From: Eledone cirrhosa
Lineage: Eukaryota
Length of the DNA stretch: 64,000 bases
Assembly: GCA_964016885.1 (NCBI GenBank)
Contig: OZ024747.1
Span: 81,282,001 to 81,346,000, forward strand
Reading direction: 5' to 3'
Below, one piece after another: positions 13,006 through 26,590 of this stretch. The position numbers were made by a program, and so were the translations under genes. The notes under the pieces were generated by a model. The model searched no databases, was not told the DNA's origin, and saw only the letters and a list, made by a program, of their open reading frames with translations. The stretch's first letter is position 1. Each line of letters opens with the position of its first letter.

Positions 13006-13153
13006 TGTTCTATAGTTATATTCTATATTGTCTAACCCATGCTAGCATGGAAAAGTAGATGTAAAACAGTGACGATCATCATGAGGTATTATAATTACTC
13101 ATAAATTTTTTCTTTAACACTAATATATTTATATACGTATAAACACTACAATA

Positions 13154-13458
13154 AAGACCCCCTTTGGTCACGAATGACCATGGGATTTGCACCTAGAAAG
13201 TTCCCCTCCGAGACACAAGTTCGGGCAAGTTTGTTTGTGAAAGACTAGCAGTCACGCATGGATTCAAGTCTCCCCTCCCCATGCCACTAATGTTGCCGAA
13301 GGGAAAGTCAATGGCCGATACATCTTGGCACCAGTGACGTCGCAACTCATTTCTACAGCTGAGTGAACTGGAGCAAATCAAAGCCCGGTGTGGGAATCAA
13401 ACTCACAACCTCACGATTGTAAGCCCAACACTCTAACCACTAAGCCTTGCATCTTCAC
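13154..13458 (-). mobile_element. tRNA-derived SINE (octopus OR-type-like) with a different 3' body
   Basis: Minus-strand head GGCTTAGTGGTTAGAGTGTTGG..GAGTTTGATTCCC; TTGCTCCAGTTCACTCAGCTGTAGAAATG shared with the 3409 SINE; CORE part deleted. Confidence 0.75.
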
Positions 13459-14317
13459 TACAATAACATTACACTATATATATATTTATATATATATATA
13501 TATATATATACACAAAGTACCAGCAGTCACATGCTGGATGTTCAAATGGATCAATGGAGTGATGGTTGAGAGGGTGTCTGTATCTACTCATGACTGCATA
13601 GGTACCTAAAACACTTTGGAAAACCATGGTACATACTACGAAGTCATACTCAATTGCTTGTGACAGCTGTAATTTACATAAAAATATACATTCAGATACA
13701 CAGACACACAAAGATGTTATATATGTTTATTAAATAGTGTTGCAAGTAATCATATTATAATCAAAGTGTATACAAAATTGAAATCAAGTGTAAATCTAAA
13801 TCTAAAAGGTTTTAAAGAGCAGAGTTGATATGATGGAGTAAAAGAAAAACAACAGTGAGGTCAGACTTTAGAAAGTGCAAACAGAAAATATATAAGAATA
13901 TCGAAAAAGTATAAGATGAAATATTATTCAGATACATTAAACCCTTAGTTACACAGATATTTTTTAATGTAAATTTCTTTACATTTTATATGTATTTTAT
14001 GCAAATTTAGTCTCAGAATTCTCAATAGCTCACAATAGAAATGCTTTCAAAACTTAATAATTTATCCATAACTGTTAATAAAAACATTTTCCACTAATTC
14101 ATTAGTCCATTAAACTTGAAATTGTATTTACAAATTGAATATATATATATATATATGCATATATATCATATATATATATATATGCATATATATCATATAT
14201 ATATATATATGCATATATATCATATATATATATATATGCATATACATCATCTATATATATATGCATATACATCATATATATATGCATATACATCATATAT
14301 ATATATATATATATATA

Positions 14318-14368
14318 TCATCATCATCATCACCGTTTTACGTCCGTTCTTCCATGCTAGCATGGGTT
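14318..14368 (-). mobile_element. Ultra-short RTE LINE tail
   Basis: (CAT)n CACCGTTTTACGTCCGTTCTTCCATGCTAGCATGGGTT inside a microsatellite. Confidence 0.85.
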
Positions 14369-14418
14369 ATATATATCATATATATATGCATATGTATTTA
14401 TATATGCATATATATATC

Positions 14419-14451
<33 letters not shown>

Positions 14452-14510
14452 TATGCATATATATATATATGCATATATAAATACATATGCATATATATAT
14501 ATTGTTATAC

Positions 14511-15040
14511 TTTGGGAGGGTCATGTTGCCAATAAGAAACACACGCACCAGTTGCTTTCACTTCAATTTATTATAAATTAAATTTAGAAATTTAGAAATT
14601 TAGAAATTTCCGGTTGGTTGGTTGGTTCCACAACCAGATGATTGTTCATATATATTGTCAAAGTTCTTTCGTCACACATTCTGTGACCTCTTCAGTGACT
14701 GCAGATTATTTTCTTTGTTTTTGTGCCTCTCCTTTGTGTGTGTTGTGTGCTTAGTTTGCGCATGTTTTACATCTGGGTGTCTGTGTGTGTTTATATTTGT
14801 TTATTTATTTGTTTATTTACATGTTACTGGTTGGTTGTTTGTTCTATGTGTGTGTGTGTTTTCATTTTGTCCTTAATTGTAAGTTGTGATGTTGCTGTTC
14901 CATTCATGTTTTCTATTTAATTTTGGTTGGACTTCATTTATGTTTATTGCCTCTGTGATTTGTCTAAACATTGCGTCTTTTCTGTGTGTAGATTCTATTT
15001 TTATTTCTATGTTCTCTAATTTACCCTTATGTTCTATTTT
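14511..15040 (-). mobile_element. Penelope-like element 3' fragment (pLTR with hammerhead and possible endonuclease C-terminus)
   Basis: Hammerhead at 14657-14699, downstream AATAAA; minus-strand peptide KGKLENIEIKIES (~14990-15030) loosely resembles the GIY-YIG LE.IEI motif. Confidence 0.55.
14657..14699 (-). ncRNA. Minimal hammerhead ribozyme (slightly degenerate)
   Basis: GTCA CTGAAGA G GTCACA gaatg TGTGAC GAAA GAAC TT TGAC. Confidence 0.6.
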
Positions 15041-15261
15041 AGCATGCCAAAATTAAATAGAAAACATATCAACCACAATACCTATGGTTTAATAAGTCTG
15101 ATACTTATTTTAGTGATCACTTTTTCAACACGCCACTACATTGCAGGACATAAACACAGATACAGTTACATGGACACAAACAAACACACACATATATATA
15201 TATACATATCCCTACCCCCATCAACACCACCCATTTCTCTGTAAAGTTATGTTTGTACCAC

Positions 15262-15528
15262 AACATCCAGTCCTAAATAAATGAGGTCGTGTAGGTGTCA
15301 CAACAAAAAAAAACACCTAGTCCATGCTGTAATGAGGCCTTGTAGGTAACATGGTAAAAACCTCCCAGTCCACACTGTAAATGTGGTTGGTGTTAGGAAG
15401 GGCATCAAGCCTTAGAAAATCTGCCAGACAGTCCTATATGAGCGAGACAACCAATCTTGCCTCAAGTGGGACAATTCCCATCTAAACCCATGCTAGCATG
15501 GAATATAGACGTTAAATGATGATGATGA
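15262..15528 (+). mobile_element. RTE 3'UTR/tail fragment with three tandem units
   Basis: GGTTGGTGTTAGGAAGGGCATC motif, CCCATGCTAGCATGG hairpin, (GAT)n tail. Confidence 0.75.
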
Positions 15529-15541
15529 TCATCATCATCAT

Positions 15542-15717
15542 GGGTTCCTGTTGTTTCTGTCTACTAAATTCCACTGCTAGTCAACCCAATGCTATAGGAG
15601 TATACACTTGCCCAAGGAACCACTTGCTCAAGGACATAACGCATCAACAGGTCAGGGAATCGAAATCACAACCTCACGATTGCAAATACAATTCTCTAAC
15701 CACACAGCCATGCACCT
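15542..15717 (-). mobile_element. tRNA/CORE SINE fragment(s), tail-to-tail with the RTE tail
   Basis: CACTTGCCCAAGG / CACTTGCTCAAGGAC CORE-like motifs and CTCTAACCACACAGCCATGCAC head. Confidence 0.65.
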
Positions 15718-16334
15718 TTGAGCAAACTACAACACTCTGTTATATATATATATATATATATAGCCAACATAACTACTCTCTTTATAATCTGTTCAATCAA
15801 TCTACGTAGATAAAATTGAGGTTAATATGCATTGCTGATGAGGTCTAAGAAGATAGAAATATATCCATTATTTTTACCAGTTGGTTCTTAGTGAAATCTA
15901 TTCCTTACTGCATTAATCTTGTTCTTCAAAACATAGGTTAATTGTTACAGTTGGAGATATCTCTATTGCATATTGGTTTTATATTTGGAACACCCTTCAG
16001 GCGTGTTCTTGATTTTAAATTACAAGGATAATTTCATGTAATTGAAGTTTTTCAGCTCAATAGAAATAGTTAAATTCTCAGCTTGCAGCAAGGTATAACA
16101 TTATCATTTGAAAATTTACATAGCATAACAAAATAGCAAAATAGAGGAAAATAGATCAGATAAGTCTATCAAATATTGAATATGCTTTTATTATCGAGAA
16201 TTAGTTTGTGTATGTTGGGTTATGTTATATGTTGTATCAGGACATAGGATATAAGTTATCATTTTTCTCATTGCTTTATTTCATCATAGATTAATATTTA
16301 AGGAAACTTCTGTGTAGAAATAATAATAATAATA

Positions 16335-16430
16335 ATTGTTTCTACCTTTGGCACAAGGCCAGCAATTACCTAATGCATTACTGGTACTTTATTCTATCGA
16401 CCCCGGAAGGATGAAAGGCAAAGTTAACCT
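16335..16430 (-). mobile_element. Meta-like SINE 3' fragment in (AAT)n
   Basis: Matches 28858-28955. Confidence 0.75.
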
Positions 16431-16729
16431 TAATTATTAATAATAATAATAATAATAATTATAATAATAATTATTAATAATAATTATTATTAATAATTAT
16501 TAATAATAATAATAATGATATGTAATGTTGTTAAGATGCTAAAATTTGAATGTATATAACTGAAAACAAATATACAGATACATCTACATGTTGGTGTGGA
16601 CATGTGATGCTTATAGAAGATGACAGTGAAGAGTGGTGTCCCATACTGGTGAAGACTCACTACCAGTATAAAGTGTGACCTGATCCATGCCTATGTAGGG
16701 CTAAGAGGGCTCCTGGGTTGAGCCAATGA

Positions 16730-17165
16730 CTGAAAACTCTCTAGAGCTGGTGACATAAAAATGCATCTAGTACACTCTACATGGTAGTTGGCAATAGAAA
16801 CCATGTCAAAATGGATCCTTCAGTTATGTCACAGTACAAATCTTTTAGTGTTGGCGATCTACATGATAAACACATCCAGTACATGCTGTAAAGTGATTGC
16901 TTATAGGAAGAACAACCAGTCATAGAAAGCTTGCCACAGCATCAGAAGCTTCTTCAATTGTGTCAAAGATATGACAACCTCTTTAGTGTAGATGGTCAAC
17001 ACAATAAATGCACCCAATACATTCTGTAAAGTGATTGGTATTAGAACAGCATTCAGCCAGTCTTCATAGAGTTAGTGTCATGATCAAAAGTAATTTGCTT
17101 TATGACTGACTTGTTCTAAGATGACCCAGTCAACCTTTACTAGCAGAGAAAACAGGTGAAAAAGC
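16730..17165 (+). mobile_element. Old SINE/RTE-tail-like element with three internally repeated units
   Basis: Recurring CATC(C/T)AGTACA..CTGTAAAGTG..TTGG..AGGAAG units; degenerate terminal hairpin. Confidence 0.55.
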
Positions 17166-17735
17166 TATGTTTAACTAAGAGGACAGTAGCTCAAATTAAG
17201 TAATAATTTAGTCTATAATGACCACCCAACCCTTGTTAGTATTGAAAAGCAAGCATAAAATTATAATTCTAGTGCATAACTATCTGGCATTGATTTTGTT
17301 TTAATATATTTCTTATCACATTAGAAGTTAGAATTGTTTGATATTTTGAATTTTATTTTCTCCCCAACAAGGAATAGAATTTAGATTACAGTTGCTTCTC
17401 TCATCTTTTTATAATATTCAGACATAAGTTTTCCATGATATTTCTATAATGTCCTTCTATTAATTTTTATAACTTCCATATTAGGCATTCATCATCTTTT
17501 TTCCCAAATTATCTCTTTTTCTGTAACCCTGTTCTCAAAGTTGGACATATATGGTCATAATTTTAAATTAAGCCATTTACCACAAATAAATTTATCATCA
17601 CCACTTTCATTCTCTTCCATTCATGTATTCCTTGATTTCAGTTTGTCTTTCCTTCCATCTAAACATACAGATTAATTCTCATTAGTTCAAAGCAGAGAAA
17701 AGACGACTGAAACGGATATGTAAACCTGTAAGCAA

Positions 17736-17791
<56 letters not shown>

Positions 17792-17796
<5 letters not shown>

Positions 17797-17987
17797 AACC
17801 AGTAAGACCCCGACGGCTGAGCTCAAGCCGTTTCGACGGCTAATTCTGAGTCCAGAATTAGCCGTCGAAACGGCTTGAGCTCAGCCGTCAGGGTCTTACT
17901 GGTTCCTATTACCCACTCTACTACCCCAAGTATTGAGTACTTTGGTGCGTTATGGTCCACCTGGTTCCTTACCACATTTCATTCGTC
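17792..17987 (+). mobile_element. Family B palindromic element (hammerhead 3' half folded back) plus tail
   Basis: Arms 17792-17848 / 17853-17909 with one mismatch; GAAA CGGC..GCCG TC stem III; flanked by (TA)n. Confidence 0.8.
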
Positions 17988-18183
17988 ATATATATATATA
18001 TATCATAATCAAATCGAATGTATGTGAGGTTATAGCGTATATAGTTCATTATATATATATGAGGTTATAGTGTAACAGTTCATTATTTTCATTGGTAAGA
18101 TGAGTTAAGCTCAATGCACATTTTACCCTTTGTTCTTCAGAAGTGAACAGTTATAGTAGCAGAGCATTTATAATTATTGAATT

Positions 18184-18257
<74 letters not shown>

Positions 18258-19300
18258 GGGGGGTGGGGGTGGGGGGTGGGGAGATCATCAATATTTATCA
18301 TAAAAGTTGGATGGGTTGTTAGCTATAAATTGGGGCTACTGTCATCTCAAACAAGCTAGGGGCCTGCATCTTGCTTATATATGTCCTTGTACTCTATCAA
18401 GTGCAATTGTTGCATTTTATCATGGCACCATCATTGTGGAGTTACTCAGGTCCTTGATACAACTGAAGAGTCCTCTCAACCCTTTGTTCAGCTGGTTTTC
18501 TATGTTTCAGATACCCTAAAGTCACATTTATTATAATAACAGGATTTACATATGATTGACATATATAAGAAATTTATTGTAAAACAAACAAATTTTGGAA
18601 GAGGAAAGAGCCAGAGGAGGACATTAAAATACTAGAATCTTTGTTAATGCACTTATTCCAAATCACCCAGAAGTTCACACACACAAATTCTTTGTTTATT
18701 TATAACTAAATCTAATTTGTAAGTGGGGAGGAATGGTAAGTGCTGAGGGATGGAATTCAATTTGACAATGCTTTTCAAATAAAAGCTTCTAAATCTCCAA
18801 TTTCAGTTTCATTTACAGACAAACATTAGAAAAATAATTTGTTAAAAAAAAACATGTAAAAATGAAGTAAATAAATCAAAATAAATGTATGATAGTGGAC
18901 ATGTCGCTTGTGACGATTTTTCTGTTCTCACTTCCTCAGACATTTACATTTCACTTATGACATTGAAACAATAGACATTTAATCTCTATCCCCCTCAGTA
19001 CTACTAATACTACTATTACTAAAATATAATCATAAAAATAATAGTAATAGATATTGATTATAGAAGTTAAAATATGTAAAAATTAGAGATATTAATAACA
19101 TTATATATACACATATAAATATATATATATTTATATACATACATACATATAAATATATATATATTTATATATATACATACATACATACATATAAATATAT
19201 ATATATTTATATATATACATACATACATATAAATATATATATATTTATATATATACATACATACATACATACATATAAATATATATATATTTATATATAT

Positions 19301-19331
<31 letters not shown>

Positions 19332-19388
19332 TATATATATATATACACACACACATACATACACACACACACACACATATATATATAT

Positions 19389-19690
19389 CCCGTCACATCC
19401 TTGCAAGCAGGGAAAACCTTGGCGGGATTTGAACTCAGATCGTAAAGGGATGTAACTATGCTGGAAAGCATGTCCGACCCTCTACCCTACCAATTCACCG
19501 CCCTATAGGATGATAATGGTGTCTAACTCAGGCCCAAGGTGAACAACTTTAGGAAGGGGAGAATTGCTTATATTGAAGCCAGTGTTTGAACCATACTTTA
19601 TTTTATTGGCCACTGAAGAAAGAAAGGTAAAGTTAACCTCAGAGGGATTTGAATTCAGAAGATAAAGAGTCATAACTAAATTCTATGAAG
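19389..19690 (-). mobile_element. Cluster: SINE tail stub (+) fused to two Meta-like SINE fragments (-)
   Basis: CCCGTCACATCCTTGCAAGCAGGGAAAA then GGCGGGATTTGAACTCAG; second copy AAAGTTAACCTC..GGGATTTGAATTCAG. Confidence 0.6.
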
Positions 19691-22476
19691 CCCATATACT
19701 AATGACTCATATTTATATTCATTTTAATAAAATTCAAACAGATTATTCAAAGATGAAATAATATATGAATATGATTTATTAATGAACTGGTATGAAATTA
19801 TGTCTGAGAGAAATATGAAAAATTGACAGTTGTAGTCTATTCATTAGTGGATAGATAATGAAGAAGTAAAATAGAAGGCTGTTTAATATAGTGCAAGTGT
19901 ATAAGATATAGACAAAAGCAGGAAATGCTTACAATAGGTGAGAATTTCTGCATATGTGGGTTTAATAGACAATATTTTCTTCCATTTGCACAGTCATTGT
20001 CTACATAAGTATTATTTTAATGATTTCATTACTATATTTTAATGAAAAGCACAGCCTATCATTTTCAATTACATTTGAAAATGAGGAAGCACTTGAAGGG
20101 ATTTAGTAAACTAAATTTTATTTTTACATAAAATTTTGATGGAAGGTTTAAATTTAAATATGAACACGTCTACCATAAAACAACAGATGGTTTGGAATCA
20201 AGAGGGCTAAAAGGAAATGTTACTAGTAAAGAGATGGAATAACTTTCAGGAATTTTAAACCTATTCTTTTATTTGATAATGTGATATAGTTATATGGTAT
20301 TTTAAACAATCATTTTACTCATTTTGTACTCAATATTTTTCTTCAAAACACAAAATAAGTTTATCACTCAAATCTGAATATTTGTATATAATATTAATTA
20401 AAATAAAACTAATCTACTTTTAAATATTTATGACTCTATAAATAAATTTAACTATCAGTAGTGAATTGGAAGTCTTAGAGTACTGGATTAAATGCCTCTG
20501 TTCTCTGTGCCCTGATTTCATACACTGCTCAATTTTGTGTTCCATCCTTATGTGATTGATGAATTCAGAGGTTTTGATTTGGCAGAATTGTTAAAAAAAC
20601 AGATGGGATGCTTTGTGGTATCTGTTCTGGTTCTATGTATTCAGAGTTCAAATTCTACCCTCTGTCACCAGGTAAGTTGTGATTTTTTCTGCCACAAATT
20701 TCAGCTAGCCTCAGTAATGGAAAGACCAATGAAAACATAGTTTGCTTGATCCAATCTGACGATCAGCTTCTTTCAATCTTTTCATTTATTTTAGCTAATG
20801 CTTTTAAAAGCCATATTTTTTATTTGATTTAATTTAAATGATATTGGTATAATTTCTATAATTAAAGAAAATAATATTTTTAAATACAGTAAATCATTTC
20901 TCCTCACTCTGACAGCAAAAAAACATTCTATAAATTTTAAATCCTGTATAAGACACCCTTCTCTGAAGAAGTTTGCTTTGCTTTGATCCAAATATCTCAA
21001 AATCGTATCAAACTTCAGGGATGAAGGAACAATAATAAATGCATCAATGAAATATATAATTTCTTAAAGTATAAAAATAGAAGAAAGAGGTGTTATAAAT
21101 TATATTATTAGCAGCTGTCCCAAAATAGCATCAGACTATTAATTTCCTATGTGGTCAATGTTATTGAAATACCAATCTTCATTGGCTTCCATATGAAGGA
21201 TTTACTAGCCGGAAGTCTTACACACAGCAACTGTTGTAAAATACACATGTGATGTTTGACACAAATATATATTTGCTAGATGTTATAATTAAAATTCCAT
21301 CAGTTACATTCCCAACAAATAAACTGGTTCAATGCTAACGTATTGAGATGGAAACAAATTGGTTTATACAATAAGAACTTAAGCTCTTATTTAATTCTTG
21401 AAAAAAAAAAGACTTAGAGGCAATAGCCATAGAACCGATAGAGTATTTTATACCTTAAATATATGTGTGATGCAGGAAGGGCATTCAGCCATAAAACACT
21501 GCTTCAAAAAAGATCCCATATTGAGAAAGATTAAGCCTGTCATGGGGCCTGCAATGTTAGAGTCAGCTTTAATAGGAAAAATAGCCATGAATCGTTTGTT
21601 GTGATTGTTGTGTGTGAGTTCATTACATAAAGGTTCATCTGTGGGACTTTATGTTAGCATTGTATTGGTGAAGATTTGGTATTGTTCAAGTTAAGGCAAT
21701 TGATGGTCATACAAATATATAAGTGTGTGTATGTGTGTGTGTATGGTGTTTTCCTTCTTATTTTACACATACATTGTTAAATGCATACAAGCCCTCTGAA
21801 CAGAATACCTACATTTCAATGTGACATTTAAGAACTCTGCTCTTCATATGATATATTGTATTTGAACCCAAATATTTCTCTTTCTACAATGAATTAAAAA
21901 TGATATCAATATGATTCTTATTTACAATCATTATTCCACTGTGTCTTCTTTCGGCAGCTTGTTAACAAACATTACATTACTGATCAAATTTAACTGCTAA
22001 CTTCTCAACCACTGAACAGTGTCTTCATCAAATTTGAAGTAACTTGGAAACTTCTTGTTGTTCAGTTATGAAAATCATTTCTTCATAGAATTCTTATTTC
22101 CAGTCATGAAGTGGACCTGACATTAGCACCTTATTGCCATTCCTAGCACTTGATATTTTAGTTGTTAAATATATAGATATTCTATAAATCATTCTCACTT
22201 ATTGTTATAATATATCTGTGTGAAGGCTTTTAACCTGCTTACTTGTCTCTGCTACACGCACACATCCAGAAGGATATGTGTGTGGATAGTTAAACAGACA
22301 GACATATAATTAGCAGAGGGATAGCTAAACAGATGTGCTGATACATAGGTAGATGAGTGGATGGATAAATATATTGGTAGTTATATAGATAGATAAATTG
22401 AGAGAGAGAAACAGAGATGAATGGAATCATATACTAATAAACAGGACTGGATGTGTGTATATATATATATATATAT

Positions 22477-22936
<460 letters not shown>

Positions 22937-23794
22937 CAGATAGGGAGGTAGATCAATAGAAAGATATACTGATAGATAATGAGATAGATAAACTGACAGA
23001 TGGAGAGATACACATGTATATATATATTAGAGAGAGAGAGATATATATATTATATGTACCAACATACATTTATAACTGCAGCAACATCAGAAATATCAAA
23101 CTATGAACAGCATCATTAACACCAAAACTATGTCAATACTGACAAGGAATGAAATTGAATCTATTTCCTGGCTGTAGGGGTTATCATTTTATTAATTAAG
23201 CTTCACTGACATCTTTAATATGCTTTGTTACTTAAATGACATTCCCTTGGCATTTTTTCATCAGAACATTTTTAGCTGACATTATACTCTTATCAATTTT
23301 ACTTTATTTAATAATGTTTCTCCAGTGCTTACCTCTCTCACTTAAATATTCTACCATGCCCTAACTCTTCTACTAATATCAGTCATTGGAATGTAGCCAT
23401 GTTGGCTATGCGGGGGCATGACTTTTAAATAGTGTAAAAATAAAGATATACACATACAATATATATGAAAGGTTGCCACATAGTTTCTATCTAACAACTT
23501 TTACTCACAATGCATTGGCTAGCCGACAGGTGTGCAAGGAATATTGCAGGAAAGAAGGAGAATGATAGAATAACTTCAATAATTGGTAGATTGCTAATGT
23601 TTCAAATATATGCAGAGAAATATATAATCAAAAGACCTAGATCTACACATAAGCAGAACATATGGTAAATATATGATGCTGAACTCATATCATTTTGAGT
23701 ACTTTCAAAATAACAGAAAACAAAAGACAAGGTGAATTAAGCTGTACTTGTTTTGCAGTGAAATTATGCATTAAAATAAGGACTACTAAATACA

Positions 23795-23995
23795 ATTGTT
23801 TCTAATTTAGGCACATAGCCAACAATTGTTGAGGACGGAAACAGCTGATGACATTAATCTGGTACACATGTGGTACATTTTTTTTTTTATTGTTGTTGGA
23901 ATGATGAAAAGTAAAGTTGACCATAGTGATATTTGAACTTAGAACATAAAGAACCAGAATAAATACAATAAAGCCTTTGTCCAATGCCCTAATGA
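23795..23995 (-). mobile_element. Degenerate Meta-like SINE
   Basis: TTGTTTCTAATTTAGGCACA..AAAGTTGACC..ATTTGAACTTAG. Confidence 0.55.
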
Positions 23996-24001
23996 TTCTG
24001 T

Positions 24002-24162
24002 CTGTTGTCATTAGGAAGGAGATCCAACAGTAGAAATCAAGCCAGAAACAGATCTGTGTGAGCAAGACACGGTCACCTGACCCAATTTGCCGCAATTGGG
24101 ACAACCTGTCTAACTCATGCTAGTGTGGAAAAATGGATGTTAAATAGTGATGATGATGATGA
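24002..24162 (+). mobile_element. RTE 3' tail fragment
   Basis: TTAGGAAGGAGATCC..GTAGAAATCAAGCCAG..CATGCTAGTGTGG..(GAT)n. Confidence 0.75.
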
Positions 24163-25664
24163 TACAAAGTACTGAAGCACTTTGCATACTGTTCCACAAG
24201 GACATTTTAATAAGTAAAAAATCAGAACTAGTCACCAAATATATGTACCAGATACAAAAATCATACCTATGCTCAAACTAACAAACGGCTCTGGAGTTTG
24301 GCTTCACAACATTCTGAGAGGTCACTTTAATTTACAATAATTCTAAAGCAGTTTCAGAATAAGCATATCGCTGTAGATATTTCTACATTTGAGAGGTGCT
24401 CTTCTACAAGCAGTGTGCAGGAGGCACACAGTGCCATCCAGTGCTCATCTCCCTTTCGGTGGTCTTGATATTCTGCAATGTGGTGCAGTTGAAATCTTAC
24501 TGACATTTCTGAATATTGATAGTCATAATGCTGAACAATTTCCACGGAATTTGATTGAAAGAGAATGGTATTGATTAAGAATACCTGTGGTTAATGTTAT
24601 GTTCCAAACATCTGCTTAACATCAAGAAAGTTCAATTCGTTACTAAATCCCTCCAAATTCTTGGTTATTTGAAATTATTTGAAACTATTTGCAGAGTCAT
24701 AAATATAGTAACTAAGTTGCAAAATCCAAGGATTATTTACAAACAAGAAACCAGAAAATGACGTGAGTGAAATTGTATTACAATGATGTGAATGGTTCTT
24801 GTACTATTGATAATCTTGTTGAAACTTAAATCCCTCTAACAAAAATGTGAAACTGAAATATTTCTGGTAATTATAGACAATTTATTTTCTGCCATGTCAA
24901 AATGCTAGACAGTTTATAAGAAAATTGAGTGTTATATTTTGATTTTCCTGTTTACTAAATATACTTAGTAAAGAAATTATAAAACACTCAAGATTTTCTT
25001 ACTTGTAGAAAGTCTAGAAATAAAAAAGAGCTTTGTATTTCGATTGGTACGAAACAGATTTTTTATGGTTTCAGTTTTTCTGCTGAATAACTGAAAATGA
25101 CTTGGAGCTTTCTTTGCCAAATATCTTATAGATTTATTTGGCTATTATAGTTACAAACTGCAGTGATGAATATTAATTTTCAAAGGTCATGACGAATTTA
25201 TTTTAAACAACAAACAAATATTATTTACAAATGTGTATCGTACACAGACTTAAGGAGATTGAACAGAGTTATTATAATGAACATTGAATATGAACTTTTG
25301 CCAAACATATATATTTTCCCTATCATTAACAAGTTTGTCCTTTCCCAATGCTGAAAACATAATCTTATTGAGGCAAGTTTGATTAAATGTTTTTATTGTA
25401 AAGTTTTGATATTTTATTAATTATCATAAATAAATTTCTTTCTAGTGTAGAGTTTAGTAAAATATATATTATTTCAGTTGCTACTATGCTAATTTGAAGG
25501 GCTTCTTTTTTTTTTGCAGAAAATGAGAAACACTGGAATGAAATTGTGTTGGTGTACGTTTTAAACAAAGGCTTTGAGGTACATGTTAGCTAAATCTAGA
25601 TCTGTAAATGAGATCTAGATGGGCCAGTTTATTTTTCCTTTTACATTTCCAGTTAAGAGAATAT

Positions 25665-25915
25665 GTGGGCTTAAGAGATGTAGCATGCAGGTGAGATAGT
25701 ATGTCCATGTAATTTGTATGGATGGTGACTGTAACAGGGGAAGAAGAAGATTAAGAAAACTGTGATTAGATGTGGTGAGAGCTGATCTGAGGAAATTGAA
25801 CCTCACATAGGAGATCATAAAAGGAAACAAACTAGTGAAAAGGTTGCTGCATAGGAGAATGTTTATTTAACCTATGCAAGAATGGAGAAGCAGACATAAA
25901 AATGATGATGATGAT
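25665..25915 (+). mobile_element. Old RTE 3' end fragment
   Basis: Degenerate GR.RKT..DVVRADL-like coding followed by CTATGCAAGAATGG and (GAT)n. Confidence 0.55.
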
Positions 25916-26334
25916 TAAGATTTTAATACGATTATAGTTGTTCAGTAGTTGAACTTTTTCTAAGAACTTTTTACAGAAGCTGAACAGTCAATGTTCTTTA
26001 TTCAATGTTTGCTTTATTTATTTTACCAAATTTTAGTTTATCAAATGTTACTATGGAAGATTCAATACAACAAAAAAACTAAGGTACAATGTTCTTCCAT
26101 AGTCTTAAACATCTCTGTTAGCAAACCCACTACACAATCACAAAGAAATAATCAAACTTACTCAGGTGTAACATCTAGATACTCTATTATTTGTTTTGAT
26201 ATAACACTTTGTATATTACACAAGGAAGTATTTATAATTGTGTCCATAAGGTTTGATATCAATCTAGAATTGTTTTAAGAAATGTCTGGACATATTTGTT
26301 TATATGGTGACTAATGTTACAACACTGATGTCAA

Positions 26335-26590
26335 TTAACCCTTTCATTACCATATTTCTAATGAAAGGCACTGCTACAGACTTTAAATAATTTTGAAAAT
26401 AATCAAAAATTTGAAGTGATTTAATAATAAAATTATCTCATTATTAAACTGGAGTTTGGAGCATAGTTTAACAAAGTTTCCTGCATAAAATTATGATAGG
26501 AAATTATTGATAAATATAAACAGTAAAACAGAGAGTTTTGTATCATAGAACCAGTGGTAGCTTCATTCAGTTTGGTAACAAAAGGGTTAA
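26335..26590. mobile_element. piggyBac-like MITE
   Basis: TTAACCCTTTCATTACCA...TGGTAACAAAAGGGTTAA terminal inverted repeats with TTAA at both ends. Confidence 0.72.

Noticed and set aside
20791-21020. 69-aa minus-strand ORF as possible exon
   Set aside because: No recognisable motif or convincing splice sites
24267-24584. Possible minus-strand host exon (AG..GT boundaries, higher complexity)
   Set aside because: All three frames contain stops and the acceptor lacks a polypyrimidine tract; could be UTR/lncRNA but cannot be supported without RNA-seq
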